In this document: positions 11,852 through 24,030 of the stretch, one piece after another
Numbering within the stretch: position 1 is the first letter of the stretch
How the letters are laid out: every line of letters starts with the position of its first letter
Source of the DNA: Gracilinanus agilis
Taxonomy: Eukaryota
Reading direction: 5' to 3'
DNA: 64,000 nucleotides
Assembly (NCBI RefSeq): GCF_016433145.1
Contig: NC_058130.1
Coordinates: forward strand, 726,185,885 to 726,249,884
Position numbers and translations under genes: made by a program
Notes under the pieces: model-generated
What the model was told of the DNA's origin: nothing
Database searches by the model: none
Seen by the model: the letters and a program-made list of their open reading frames with translations, nothing else

Positions 11852-13045
11852 TTTTTTTTTAAATTTAGGAGATGTTTCTATGGTTACATGATTCATGATT
11901 CCCCTGCTTTGCCTCCCCCCTCCCACAGCTGACAAGCAGTTCTACTGGGTTATACATGTATCAGTGTTAAAAACCTATTTCCATGTTATTCATATTTGCA
12001 ATAGAGTGATCTCTTAACATTAAAACCCTAATCATAGTCCTACTGAACCACGCAATGGATAATGTGTTTTTCTTTTGCGTTGCTGTTCCCACAGTTCTTT
12101 CTCTGGATACGGATAGCGGTTTTTTTCTCATAAGTTCCTCTGGATTGTCCTGGGTCATTGCATTGCTGCTAGTAGAAAAGTCTATTACATTTGATTGTGC
12201 CATAGTGTATGAGTCTCTGTGTACAATGTTGTCCTAGTTCTGCTTCTTTCACTCTATAATCAATTCCTGGAGGTAGTTCTAGTTCACATGGAATTCCTCT
12301 AGTTCATTATTCCTTTCAGCACAATAATAAATATTCCATCACTATCAGATACCACAATTTGTTCAGACATTCCCCAATCGATGGGACACCCTCCCCATTT
12401 TCCAATTTTTTTGTCACCACAAAGAGTGCGGCTATAAATATTTTTTATACAAGTCTTTCTCCTTATTATCTTTTTGGGGTACAAATCCAGTAGTGGTATG
12501 GCTGGGTCAAAGGGCAGACGGTCTTTTAAAGCCCTTTGTGCATAATTCCAAATAGCCTTCCAGAATGGTTAGATCAATTTACAACATTTATCACTTTCCT
12601 TTGCTGTAATATTGGCCAGCCTGATAGGTGTGAGGTGGTATCTCAGAGTTGTTTTGATTTGCATTTCTTTAATCAGGAAGGATTTAGAGCATTTTTTCAT
12701 GTGCTTATTGATAGTTTTGATTTCATCCTGTGGAAACTGACTATTCATGACCCTTGACCATTTGTTGATTGGGGAATGGCTTGATTTTTTGTAAATTTGA
12801 CTTATATATTAGGGAAATTAAACCTTTGTCAGAGAGTTCTGTTATAAAAATGTTCTCCCAGTCTGTTGCTTTCCTTCTAATTTTAGTTGCATAGTTTTGT
12901 CTGTAGAAAACCTTTTTAATTTGACATAATCAAAGCCATTCATTTTATATTTTGTAATGTTCTCTATCTCTTGGTCTTAAATTCTTTCCTTTCCCACAGA
13001 CCTAACAGGCATACTATTATGTACACCTAATTTATTTATGATTTC
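11852..13045 (-). mobile_element. 5'-truncated L1 (ORF2 C-terminus and 3' UTR), degraded
   Basis: Poly-T at the left end; reverse complement of opossum L1 3' UTR (TGGTTACATGATTCATG) and of ORF2 sequence seen in sense at 41270-42352. Confidence 0.9.
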
Positions 13046-13321
13046 AAGGATTATATCTTCTTAAAAAGGAGGAGAGTTTAAAGAAGGGGGATGAGTGGGA
13101 AGTAAGAGAGGTAATGGCATCATATGATGAAATCCAGGATCCAGAGTGGGAGAGAAAGTAAAGAGTATTTAGTTGATAATCAGAAGCAGAAACAGAAGGG
13201 ATATTCTAATGGAAGTTAACTCCAAAAGTCACTTAGACTGAAGGAGGAAACATACGAGTTTGGGAAGCAGACCAGAAACCTGACATCAAGGTATGACATC
13301 TGCCTTCATGACATCATTTTA

Positions 13322-13525
13322 CTTTTTTTTTTTTTTTTTTTTTAATTTTAAACCCTTAACTTCTGTGTATTGACTTATAGGTGGAAGAGTGGTAAGGGAA
13401 GGCAATGGGGGTCAAGTGACTTGCCCAGGGTCACACAGCTGGGAAGTGTCTGAGGCCGGATTTGAACCTAGGACCTCCTGTCTCTAGGCCTGACTCTCAC
13501 TCCATTGAGCTACCCAGCTGCCCCC
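13322..13525 (-). mobile_element. Young SINE1_Mdo-like SINE
   Basis: Long poly-T, full body, short TSD CATTTTACT on both sides. Confidence 0.9.
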
Positions 13526-13567
13526 CATTTTACTCTTTAAAAGGTATATGAAGTATAAAAGGTATAA

Positions 13568-13715
13568 AAGGCAGCTGGGTGGCTCAGTGGATTGAGAGCC
13601 AGGCCCAGAGAGTTCAAATTTGACCTCAGACCTTCCTAGCCCTTACTACTCTTCTGCCTTGGAACTGATAGTTGGTATGAACTCTAAGACAGAAGGTATG
13701 GGTTTAAAAACAAAA
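13568..13715 (+). mobile_element. SINE1-like SINE with internal deletions
   Basis: GGCAGCTGGGTGGCTCAGTGGATTGAGAGCCAGG head; head-to-head with the 13322-13525 copy. Confidence 0.8.
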
Positions 13716-13734
13716 AAGACATGTAGAGAAGATG

Positions 13735-14330
13735 AGAGAAAGGGTCAATAACAAAAGGTGACTTGCAAAAGCATCATAGGGACTTTAAAAATAGCATAAA
13801 GAACATTTAAGCTCAGAATGGGCTAAAGTTAGTAAAAGTTAAAAGTAACAAAAATTGTTATGTAATGTAATGAATGAGTGAATAAAGCATTTATTTAGTA
13901 CTTATGACATTGTGTTTAGTATTGGAGATATAGATGGAAAAAGTTAGGACCTGGGCTCTAGGAGCTCACATTCCTAAAGCTGAGGAAAAAATGGATTATT
14001 CAGTGTAGAAAGAATGATGAAAAAGAATGATGGAGGGAAGGAAGAATTGCTCAATTTTAATTTTACTTCTGCATTCTGTGTCAAGGAGAATAACTGATTG
14101 ACTGGAAAGGTCAGAATAAAAGTGGCTAATCATGAGTCAATCCCCAAGATCAGTAGGGAGATAACTGCTCTTGAAAAGCTCAAGTCACCAGGTCCAGACA
14201 GACTACATTCCTGGGGACTGAGAGAACTGGCAGATGTGACTGATGAATTAATGATCTGGGAAAGATCCAAGAGAATAGGGGAGATACCACTGGAGTGGAT
14301 AATGGCAAATGCCACAGAAGGGCAGCTGTA
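13735..14330 (+). mobile_element. CR1/L3 LINE ORF2 fragments, interrupted by an L2-like piece (~13860-13975)
   Basis: ORF 14098-14331 gives KSPGPDRLHSWGLRELADV...IWERSKRIGEIPLEWIMAN, matching the CR1 motif KSPGPDGIHPRVLKELADV...GEVPEDW. Confidence 0.75.
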
Positions 14331-16554
14331 GGCTTGATGTAAGAACAATCAGAGCTGGACTAAAGTGGAATGGGCCTTCCATTTAGAGATAGAAGGGTAT
14401 ATAGGACCTTACATGCCCCTTTGGGTTTTGTCATATGAATCCAGGTCCTTGGTTTCAAGTCAAGACCCCTTTGCACTTACGTACTACTAACTTCTCTCAG
14501 GGGCTACAAAAAATGTAATGTTCTCTTAGTCTTTGTATATTTGAAGGTAATAATCAGGTCTCCTTATTTTCATTTTCTTCTTCAGGGAAAACATACTCAG
14601 TTCTTTTAATGGATCTTTGTTCAGTCCTGAGAGAGAACCCTCCTCCCCACTGAGATGGGGTCTTGTTCTAGCTTGATACAGACCCTTCTGAAATGGACGG
14701 CTGGAAACTTAGTACAGCACTCCAAAATGGAATCTGACTAGAGTAGAGGAAAACAGCAAAGGGGCAATCACCTCTGTTGTGAGCATTGGGGTTGATCATT
14801 CATTCCTACAGCTTGGGGCTGGGGAAGGGGGTTGGCTCAGTCTATAGCCATCAACTCTAGTAAAGGTCAAGGAAATAATGGGAAGTATAGCACACATTCA
14901 AAATCTTTCTCTTTAAAAAAAAAAGGAAAAAAAAACCACCTATTACTGGAAGACTGAGTCATAATTACCAGCGCAGCTTTCTGGAGGGGAAAAAAAAACA
15001 CAATTTGTGGGTACTTTTTGTTTGTTTGCTTTAAATGCGAACATATTTGACCATAAGGTTAAAATGAGTGGCCCATAGGGCCTCATCTTAAACTAAGTAG
15101 CTCAGATTACAATGATTTCTATGGGTTAGAAACAAATTGTTCTCTTTGGGAATCTTGGGCTCACTTCAAAGACAGCTAGGACTTTTCTGATTCTTGCTCT
15201 CTCCTTTCTCTAACCCTACACCCTCAGGTTTTAGTGTCCTCCTAGCTACAACCCAGTTTCTTTGCATTTCCACCATACAGATTTTGTATTTATTTATTGG
15301 CATGAATGTTATTTTGCCTGAGGAGAGTCCTTGAGGCCAAGTACTATTTCATGGTTATCTCTGTGCCTGAAACAAAGTAGGTTGTATCTAGTGCCTGACA
15401 CAAACTAGGCCCTCAATAAATGTTTGTTCTCAAGATCAAGGCTGTAGAGCTGGAAAGGACCTCAGAAGCCATCTGGTCCTTATAGATGTGGAAAACATTG
15501 ATGGGGGATGAGGGAAAAGGATCCGCCCAAGGTCACACAGTGAGTGTAAGATTATAATACTCATTTTATAGATGAGGGAAAGACATAGGGAGGGTAAGAG
15601 ATTTGCTTGTGGTCATATAAATTCTATCCAGTCAGAACTTAAGCCTTAGGCCTTCTTATTCCAAACTACAAAGGGAGCAAGTCTCAGATACAGGATTTGA
15701 ACTTAGGGGTCCTCTAAGTGGAAGCCTTTCCTGAATAAAACATGGCTTCTCAGGAATGGCCACAGCTCATCCCTGGCCATGCTTATGAAAGCCAGCCAAT
15801 CTCATCAGGGTTAACAGCAAATCTCTTTGATTTCTAGACTCCTTAGGAAAAGTTTAGTAGATTTGATGCAAACCACACATATATGTACAAAGAGTAAGAC
15901 AGTTCTCAAAATAAGTAATTTAATTCCCTCTGATAAGTCTTAGTGTAGGAAATAAACAGCATGAAGGCACCCATCTGAAAAGAGAAGGTTGGAGATAAGT
16001 GGAGTAAGGCTCTATACAACAGCAAGAGAACAAGTTCAAGCTTTCATGCGACACTAGACAAGTCATGTCCCTTTTCTCTGGGCTACAAGTTCCTCGTTTG
16101 TCAAATAAAGGAGTGAATCAGATGATCTCAAAGGTCTTGTTTAACTCTCATGAGGCAAGAACTTCTAAGTCATTTTATTATTAAAAAAGGCATGACCAAA
16201 ATAACTATGCGCCATACAGAGAAAAAATAGGAAAGGGATTTTAATCAAAAAATATTTTGGAAAGAACATAATTTTTTTTTTCCAATGAGTTCCAAATCTA
16301 CCCAATGCATACAACCATCATCCTACCTTTCTACTCTGTTCATAAAGAAACTGTTGAAGAGCTTGTCAAATGCCTTGTTGAAGTTTTCAGTCAAGCTAGG
16401 GCTTTCATTGTCTCAGGCTCTTAATCTACCAGCCCAGTAACTGTCAAAAAAGAAAATCAGATTTCCTTGTCCTGTCTTACTTTAAGTGAACCCTTGCTAA
16501 CTCTCAGTGCTCATTTCATTGCTTTCTAAACACTGTTCACCATTAATAACTGAC

Positions 16555-16701
16555 CTCTTCTTGGTTTTGTGATGGAGTGTTCACATCCCACAGAGTCTGG
16601 CTGAGGTTTTCAGCTGGCTGAAAATCTGCAGAGTCAGCAATATCTGAGAGGGAGCCAACAGGTGACGAGAAAAGGGAAGTGTCATCGAGGTATGAGGAGT
16701 C
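16555..16701 (-). CDS. SBNO2: SBNO2 exon (human exon 5 equivalent): [49 protein letters not shown]
   Basis: Acceptor ttcttttttcag|GAC, donor GAG|gtcagt; 147 nt, phase 0/0; similar to human [30 protein letters not shown]. Confidence 0.95.
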
Positions 16702-16789
16702 CTGAAAAAAGAAGACAGTCCAGAATAAAAAGAGAGCATTTGATAATTTGCATTCCATGGATATGCACTTACATTGAATACCACCTTTA

Positions 16790-16993
16790 AAAACAACAAC
16801 AACAACAACAACATCCTTGCCTTCTGTCTTAGAATCAATATTATGTATCAGTTTCAGGATAAAAGAGTGGTAGCAGCTAGGTTAAGTGACTTGCCCAGGG
16901 ACACATAGCTAGGAAGTGTTTGAAGTCAAATTTGAAACCAGGACCTGCTGTCTCCAGGCCTAGCTATCTATCTACTGAGTCACATAGCTGTCC
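16790..16993 (-). mobile_element. Older SINE1-like SINE, ~90 nt upstream of the exon 16701 acceptor
   Basis: CCTTCTGTCTTAGAATCAAT tail, AAGTGACTTGCCCAGGG core, preceded by (CAA)n. Confidence 0.75.
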
Positions 16994-18189
16994 CAACATT
17001 TTATAAATTTTATCTCATTTGATCTTTATAACACATTAGGGTTTCTAGTGTGCTAGATATTATACTAGGGAGGTACTGGGGTTACAAAGACAAAAATGAA
17101 ACAAAAGGTCATAGTCTCTAATAGAAGCCACATTTAGATAGATGGCACTTTAAGATTTACTATGTACTTTATAATTTGCTTATTGGCTTCTCACAAACAC
17201 AGTAGGAAGTGGGTGCCATTATTATCCTCATTTTACAGATGAAAGAACTGGGACAAGAAGTAACTTGCTCAGTGTCACACAACTAGTAAGTATCCAGGGC
17301 TAGATTTGAACTCAGGACTTCCTAACTCTGTGTTCAGACCTTCATGCACTATGGTGCCACTCTGATAGAAAAGTTCAGAGGGAAGACAAATATGGCTCGG
17401 GGTGAATATAGGAATTCTGATGGGAGCCATACTTCAATGCTGGATAGGGATGGGCAGAAGGTGAGTGGACCTTGAATGCCAGGCTAAATTGAGATTTGAC
17501 TTGGTGAGGAGCCGCAAAAGGTTTGGGATGAAGGAATAGCAAATACAAAATATAACAGAGAGAGAGAGAGTTCTGGAAGTTGTGGGCAGTCTGGATTGGA
17601 GCCAAGGCAACAATTATGATAACACTTTGAATTTCTATTACACTGTTCTCTCTCTGTGACAGCTCTGTGTGGGAGATGTAGGATATTCCCATTTTACACA
17701 TGAGGGCACAGGCTCAAAAAGGAATCTCAGTGGCTTCTGAAGCACAGCTGTGTGGGCTGGTGTTGATGCAGAGGGTCTGAAGAGTACTGCCCTGAGCCAG
17801 GGAGAACAGGAAGCAGGTAGTCTGAAATCCTGAGGACACCCTTAATCTTGCCCAAGAAAGGGCCTGAGGCATTAAATAGTTGGAAAAATACATATCAAAT
17901 GCCTGCCGTGGGCTAGGCACCAGGGATACCCACTGTGCTGGCTGAAAAGGGGACAGTGTAGCATCCCACACAATCCCTGCCATCACCTCAACTGCTCTGG
18001 CTACCCTGAGAGTCTCCAACACACGGAAGGCTGGGATGGACTATACCAGTGACAATCTCTTCCAAGGCACAGGGGACAAGAAGACTCCCCTAACTACACC
18101 AGGAAGAGTAATAATCTCCATCTTCTCCTAGAGCAGTACTCCTTGGATGAAATTGAACATAGCTTTCCCTCATTCTCTCCCTTCCTTCC

Positions 18190-18555
18190 TTCTTATCTTC
18201 CATCTTAGAATCAATACTGTGTATTGGTTCTAAGGCAGAAGAGTGATAAGAGCTAGATAAATGGGAGTTGTGACTTGTCTATAGTCATATAGTTAAGAAG
18301 TGTCTGAAGGGGCAGATGAGTGGCTTAGTGGACTGAGAGCCAGGCCTAGAGATGGGAGGTCCTAGGTTTAAATCTGACCTCAGAGACTTCCCAGCTGTGT
18401 GGCCCTGGGTAAGTCACTTAACCCCCATTGCCTAGCCCCTTACCACGCTTCTGCCCCAAGGTTAAGGGTTTAAAAAAAAAAGTGTCTGAGGCCAGATTTG
18501 AACCTAGGACCTCACATCTCTAGACCTGGCTCTCTATCCTCTTAGCCGCTAAACC
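18190..18555 (-). mobile_element. Older SINE split by a nested SINE
   Basis: Two halves of a minus-strand SINE flank the plus-strand copy at 18308-18480. Confidence 0.75.
18308..18480 (+). mobile_element. SINE1_Mdo-like SINE nested in a SINE
   Basis: TSD AAGTGTCTGA at 18298-18307 and 18480-18489. Confidence 0.85.
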
Positions 18556-19289
18556 GTTCCCACAGCTTACTTTTCTATAAAGCTTTATACCACAAGGCAG
18601 AGTGAAGACATATCCTCATTTTACAGAAGAACAAGCAGTCTCCGTTGAGAAGTCAACCTGCTTATATAGCTTACTCGGCAAAGACAAGCCTCTGGGCTCC
18701 AATTTCAGCCCTCGTTCCACTCTGCTACTGCTGTCTTAGAGACTACAATGAGGTCAGCCTGACCCTTGGCTATTGCCAAACCCAAGAAGCAACTCTGGGA
18801 GGAATGAACTTAGCTTCCCTTTTGATCTGTCTCACAATAAAAACCCCGTTTCCCAGCAAAATCTTCTAGAGAAGGACCATCAAAGCATTTCCCAGGCATT
18901 TGCCTTGGGCACAAAGTAATCATCACTCAGGAACAGGGAGAGTCTTGGGCTCACAGCAAACCCTGTCACTCAGACCCCTGGATTCCCAGCTGTGCAAACA
19001 TCCAGGAAGTTGAATGTCTGGATCTCTTTAGAAGTAGGAAGTTTTTCCTCAAGCCAATAAATGGGAAACTAGCTGCTTTGGAAAGACCAGGCCAATTTGG
19101 TGTCAGGATTGAATGGTCCAAGGAAGTGTCCTTATTGAAATACGCACAATCTCAAAGTACTTACACAATCCCCCCAAATAGGGAGCCAATTTTGAATAAC
19201 AGAAACACAGATTGAGAGGTGGAACAAACCTCCAATCTTAAAGCTCTGCTTGTCAGTCAACTTTAAAGTTCCTTCCACCTCTAGTTCTG

Positions 19290-19525
19290 TTATGTTGCTC
19301 AGTCATTTTAGGTATGTCTGACTCCCTGTGACTCCATTTGGGGTTTTCCTAGCAAAGATACTTGGAGTGGTTTGCCATTTCCTTTTCCAGCTCATTTTGC
19401 AGATGAGGAAACTAAGGCAAATGAGATTAAGTGACTTGCCAGGGTCACACAGCTAATAAGTTCCTGAGTCTAGATTTGAACTCGGGTCTTCCTGACTCTA
19501 GGCATGTGTCTCCTAGCTGCCCCAC
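19290..19525 (-). mobile_element. MAR1-like CORE-SINE
   Basis: Reverse complement of the MAR1 tail and core (GCCATTTCCTTTTCCAGCTCATTTTGCAGATGAGGAAACT). Confidence 0.75.
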
Positions 19526-20306
19526 TTCCAAATCTATATTCCTGTTATTCCAAACTGATTGTGCAATGGGATGGGGACAAAAGACCAAAATCAAAATAGT
19601 CCTCGAGTTTACATTCTGAGGGGGTAGGGGTGCACAAAAACATACACCTAGAAGAAACACAGCCAAGGATTGGGCAGAAAAGGTCTCATGCAGAAAGTGA
19701 CATTTGACCCAGAGTCTTGAAGAAGTCAAGGAGTTCAAGAGGCTGAGGTAAGGAGAATATTCCTGACAAGGGAAACAAGACACAGAGATGAGCATGAGAG
19801 AACTGAGTGTGAAAAACATTGAGAAAATCAATGAGAAGAGCACAGAGAGAAGAGCAGTTTATACAAATCTAGAAAAATATTTCAGAGCCAAATCACTCAA
19901 ATGGCCCATCAGATTCTGCACATGCTTGTGGTATCCAAAGGGTAACTTCTCAAGAGGAGAAGCGGGATTGGGTACCTTCATGATAGGATGTGAGGAGTTC
20001 TACAGAAGGATACCCTTAACTCCAAATGTCTCTAGCACAAGTCTGTAACCCTCATATTAGAGATCCAATTAATATGTTTAGAGGATTGAGAGCTAGAAGG
20101 GAATTTAGAGATAATCTAGTCCAAGGTCTCACTTTCACAGAGAAGGCAACAGAGACCCAGGGAAGGGGGAAGGAGCTGCCCTGAGATCATAACACTGAGA
20201 AGGAACAAGGCCAGAATTTGAATACTACTTTGCTGACTCCAAATACAGGGTTCCTGTTACTCTTCCATTATGAACTCAAATTAGATTAATTTAAATCAAA
20301 CATTAA

Positions 20307-20480
20307 GGGCAGCTAGGTAATGCAAAGAGCACCAGGTCTGGAGTCAGGAGGACCTGGGTTTAAATCTGATCTCAGAAATGTCCTGTGTGACCCTGGGCAA
20401 GTCACTTAACCTCAACTGCCCAATCCTTGTTGGTTTTCTGTCTTAGAATTGATACTAAGACAGAAAGTAAGAGTCTTTAA
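20307..20480 (+). mobile_element. SINE1-like SINE
   Basis: GGGCAGCTAGG head, GGGCAAGTCACTTAACC core. Confidence 0.7.
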
Positions 20481-21689
20481 CTAACTAAATAAACCAAACC
20501 TTTAATAAACACATACTATGAAGAGCCCCCCTTGAACCCCCCCACCCCCCTTGGAGTAGGGAACAGTCAGGATAATAGGGACTCAGGTTTTTTTCTCAGA
20601 CATCTAGACTATGTGACTCTGGTCAATTTATTTAATCTCTCTGCTTCAGGAAGTTCTCAGACTATAAATTTAAAAATTACCCATCATCTTCATCACTGTA
20701 GGAAGTTCCCATCTAGTTGAAATCTAGGCTCAGAACTATACTTCCCTAGAATACTTTGAAGAGCTTACAATTCAAAAGGGGGTACAGATACTTACCGGGA
20801 TAAAGGGAAGCCCAGGCAAAATGGATCTCATTAATAATGAGAATCAAGAGTCCTTTTTAGAAATAGCTTTTCCCACTGCTTTTTGTTTTTCTATCATAGA
20901 CATTTAGGAATCTACCCTACCTCACCCCTCAGGGAGCATTCCCTTCTTACAAAGGAGGGAGATACATTTCTTCCTATTCAAAGATTTATCACTAATTGAA
21001 ATTTTAAAAAAGGGAAAAAGAGCCCACAGTTGGCAAAGATAACCTACATACTGAAAAATCTGCCATCATGTATAATATCTCTTAATCCTTCATTTGTACA
21101 AAGAAGAGAGAAAAGCACACTTTATCTACTTGAAAAGGAACAGGAACTAGAGTGGGCTGGTTTTCCTGCATGGTAAAAAGATGGATAAGTATAAAGCATG
21201 TGGCCCTAGCAATGGTGGACTCTACATTGGGGTACCCCAGGGATTCAATGAAAAAGGATGAAGCCTTGGGGTATGGAGCTCAGAGAAGTAGGCAAGTGGT
21301 TAGGAGAGCCAACCTTATAAAGTTATGAAAGGCATATTTCCAGGGAATTTCTCTCTACTACTGAGATTAACTTTTAAAAAAGAAGGTGGAGGAGGGGAGG
21401 GGAGAAGCCCAAACCATCCTAGTAGTGAGATTTTGACCAATTTAGTCTCTGACTCTCATCAGTGGCCTTGTGGTAAGTATGGATCTTCCCTCCCCACTCA
21501 GCCCCTATATCCTCTGGCTTTTTCTAACTCTCTTACTAGGTTTGTTTCCCTTCAACCTGCCTCCATACTAGCAGGGACATCTGCTAAGAGGGAGAGCAGC
21601 TGCTACATCTGGGGTTCTAGGTAACCCTGGGAGGCGGTTTCCTCTCCTACTTTTAATTGCAGGGGGCTCCACATTCAGCAAGTCAGTGG

Positions 21690-22020
21690 GACGACTAGAT
21701 TATTTTTTAGAAACAGATTTTTGTTTGTGCATCATATAAATTTACCCCTCCCACAAAGAAATCCCCCATAACAAAGATTTTTTTTAAAAGGGGAGTTAAA
21801 TATAAAAATTCAGCAAAACCGAAATATCTCTTCTATGGGGCCAAGTTTATTCTCTATAATCCTACAACTCTGATTTTAGATTGTTCTATATGGGTTTTGT
21901 TTTTTGCATTTACATTGATCTGGTCATTCTAAACTGTTTTCTTGGCTCTGCTTACTTAACAGTATACCAGAATACATAAGTCTTTCCAAGCTTCTCTAGT
22001 CATTATATTTATCATATTTA
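21690..22020 (-). mobile_element. Ancient L1 3' fragment (tentative)
   Basis: T-rich degraded sequence resembling the old marsupial L1 3' end also seen at ~61900-62250. Confidence 0.4.
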
Positions 22021-22727
22021 GCACAGTCAGGAAGATCTGAGTTTACATCTGGGCTGAGAAACTTCCTAAATATGTGATCTTGGACAAGTCATTTAATGTT
22101 TGCCTCAGTTTCCTCAATGGTAGGATGGGGATGATAATAATAGCACTTATCTCTCAGAATTGTTAGAAGGATCAAGTGCAGTAATATGTATAAAGTGCTT
22201 AGAAGGGGGCTGGCACATGGTAGACTGCTATATCAATGCTCTCTCTGTCTCTGACTCTGTCTGTCTGTCTGTCTCTCTCTCTGTCTATCAATCATTTTAC
22301 AATAGGACTTCATTTTACATGAACTCAACACATGTGAATTGGGGTACTCACAAAAATGGCAGAAAAATATCTAACATAAAAATGTTCTCAAATGGCACAA
22401 AATCTTGGAGCAATTCTTCCAGTCACACTCACCCTGGCTCTGAGAAGTGTTACAATGAGTCACTGCATTGTTTTGCACCAAACATTAGCTCCTCCCTTGT
22501 AACAAGTAGTGTCTGCGTCAGAGCCATGCTTCTCTTTGTTTCATTAATGCTATTTAGTTATTAATAATGGCCCCAAAGTACAAGAGTGGTGACTCTGGGA
22601 GGTCTGATAAGCCTAGGAAAAATCATGGAGTGCCTACGTATGTTCATATAAGAAATACTAAATAATGGGGCTTACTATTAATGTGAGATTTTAAACTTAT
22701 GTGAAGGGTTTTGCAAAGTATTTATTA

Positions 22728-22918
22728 GGAGCATGTAGGTGGCTTGGTGGATAGAGAGCTGGGCCTGGAGACAGCAGGTCCTGGGTTCCAATGTAGACTC
22801 AGACAGTGACCTTGGGCAAGTCATTTAACCCCAACTGCCTAGCCCTTATTGTTCTTTTGCTTTGGAACTGATACTTAATATCAATTCTAAGACAAAAGGT
22901 AAGGGGTTAAAAAAAAAA
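22728..22918 (+). mobile_element. SINE1-like SINE
   Basis: GTAGGTGGCTTGGTGGATAGAGAGC head, A tail at 22909-22919. Confidence 0.75.
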
Positions 22919-23663
22919 AGTGCTGGTTATGTAAAAAGAAGTTCTCCTATACATTCATGCACAGCGATTTGTTTAGCCACTTTCCAATCAATGGGCATTT
23001 ACTTTGTTCCAGGTCTTTGCTCCCACAAAAAGTGCTACTTTAAACATTTTGCACTATGAAGGAGTTTTTTCTTACTGACCTTCCTGGGCATATGTGTGAC
23101 AGTAGAACTTTGGGTCAAAGAATAGGGCCATTTTGGCCACTTGATTTGCAAACTGAAAGGACTACCATAGAGAGGCATGTATGCAGGTGACCCAGGTGTC
23201 CAGGCTAACTCCCAGCTCTGGCATCCTGGGCCTTGATGTCCTTTCTTTCCCCATAGTCTCCACATAAGCTTGTTGATGGGCATGGAACAGGGGTGGCTGG
23301 ACAGCTCTACTCTGATGCAAAGTCCGCTACGTTGAACGACTAGTCCTCCATAATGAGCATCAATGAGCCCTGTTGTTCAACAAAATTGTAACAATCTGAT
23401 AGGGACACACTTCTTCAGTTTCAGAGCTGAAAGTGACACTAGACTAGCTCACAGAATTCAACTTCATTTCATTTTTGGAAAAAGACGCCTACAAGGATGA
23501 GGAACCCACCCAAGGTCATGCCAGTCAGTGGTATAGGCAGGCCAAGATCCCAGTATGCAGCCTGGTGCTCTAGGCAAGAAAGAAAGCTTTCTTTGTGTCA
23601 TGCCTAAGGGCAATACATTTCTTTCTCTTTAGTTTAAAAAAAAAATCAAAAAACCTTACCTTA

Positions 23664-23868
23664 GGGGGCAGCTGGGTAGCTCAGTGGATTGAGAGCCAGA
23701 CCTAGAGATGGGAAGGTCCTAGGTTCAAATCTGGCCTCAGACACTTCCCAGCTGTGTGACCCTGGGAAAGTCACTTGACCCCCATTGCCCACCCTTACCA
23801 CTCTTCTGCCTAGGAATCAATACACAGTATTGACTCCAAGAAGGGTTTAAAAAACCAACAACAACAAA
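23664..23868 (+). mobile_element. Young SINE1_Mdo-like SINE inserted in the tail of an older antisense SINE
   Basis: TSD AAAAAACCTTACCTT 23648-23662 vs AAAAAACTTTACCTT 23869-23883 (1 mismatch). Confidence 0.88.
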
Positions 23869-23883
23869 AAAAAACTTTACCTT

Positions 23884-24030
23884 CTTGGAATCAATACTAT
23901 GTGTTGGTTCTAATGTAGAAGACAATTAAAGGGTAGGCAATGTGGGTTAAGTGACCTGCCCAGTCTCTGAGGCCAGATTTGCTCCTGTCTCTAGGCCTTC
24001 CTCTCAATCCACTGAGCTGCCTAGCTGCTC
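23884..24030 (-). mobile_element. Older SINE1-like SINE
   Basis: Reverse complement of head and core; tail interrupted by the previous element. Confidence 0.75.

Noticed and set aside
20796-20831. Possible third first exon on the minus strand: ATG AGA...CCG|gtaagt (MRSILPGLPFIP), phase 0, in frame with exon 16701
   Set aside because: Weak Kozak context (T at -3), no promoter motif cluster, no convincing similarity to known SBNO2 N-termini; perfect donors occur by chance every few kb. Worth a quick RNA-seq look only.
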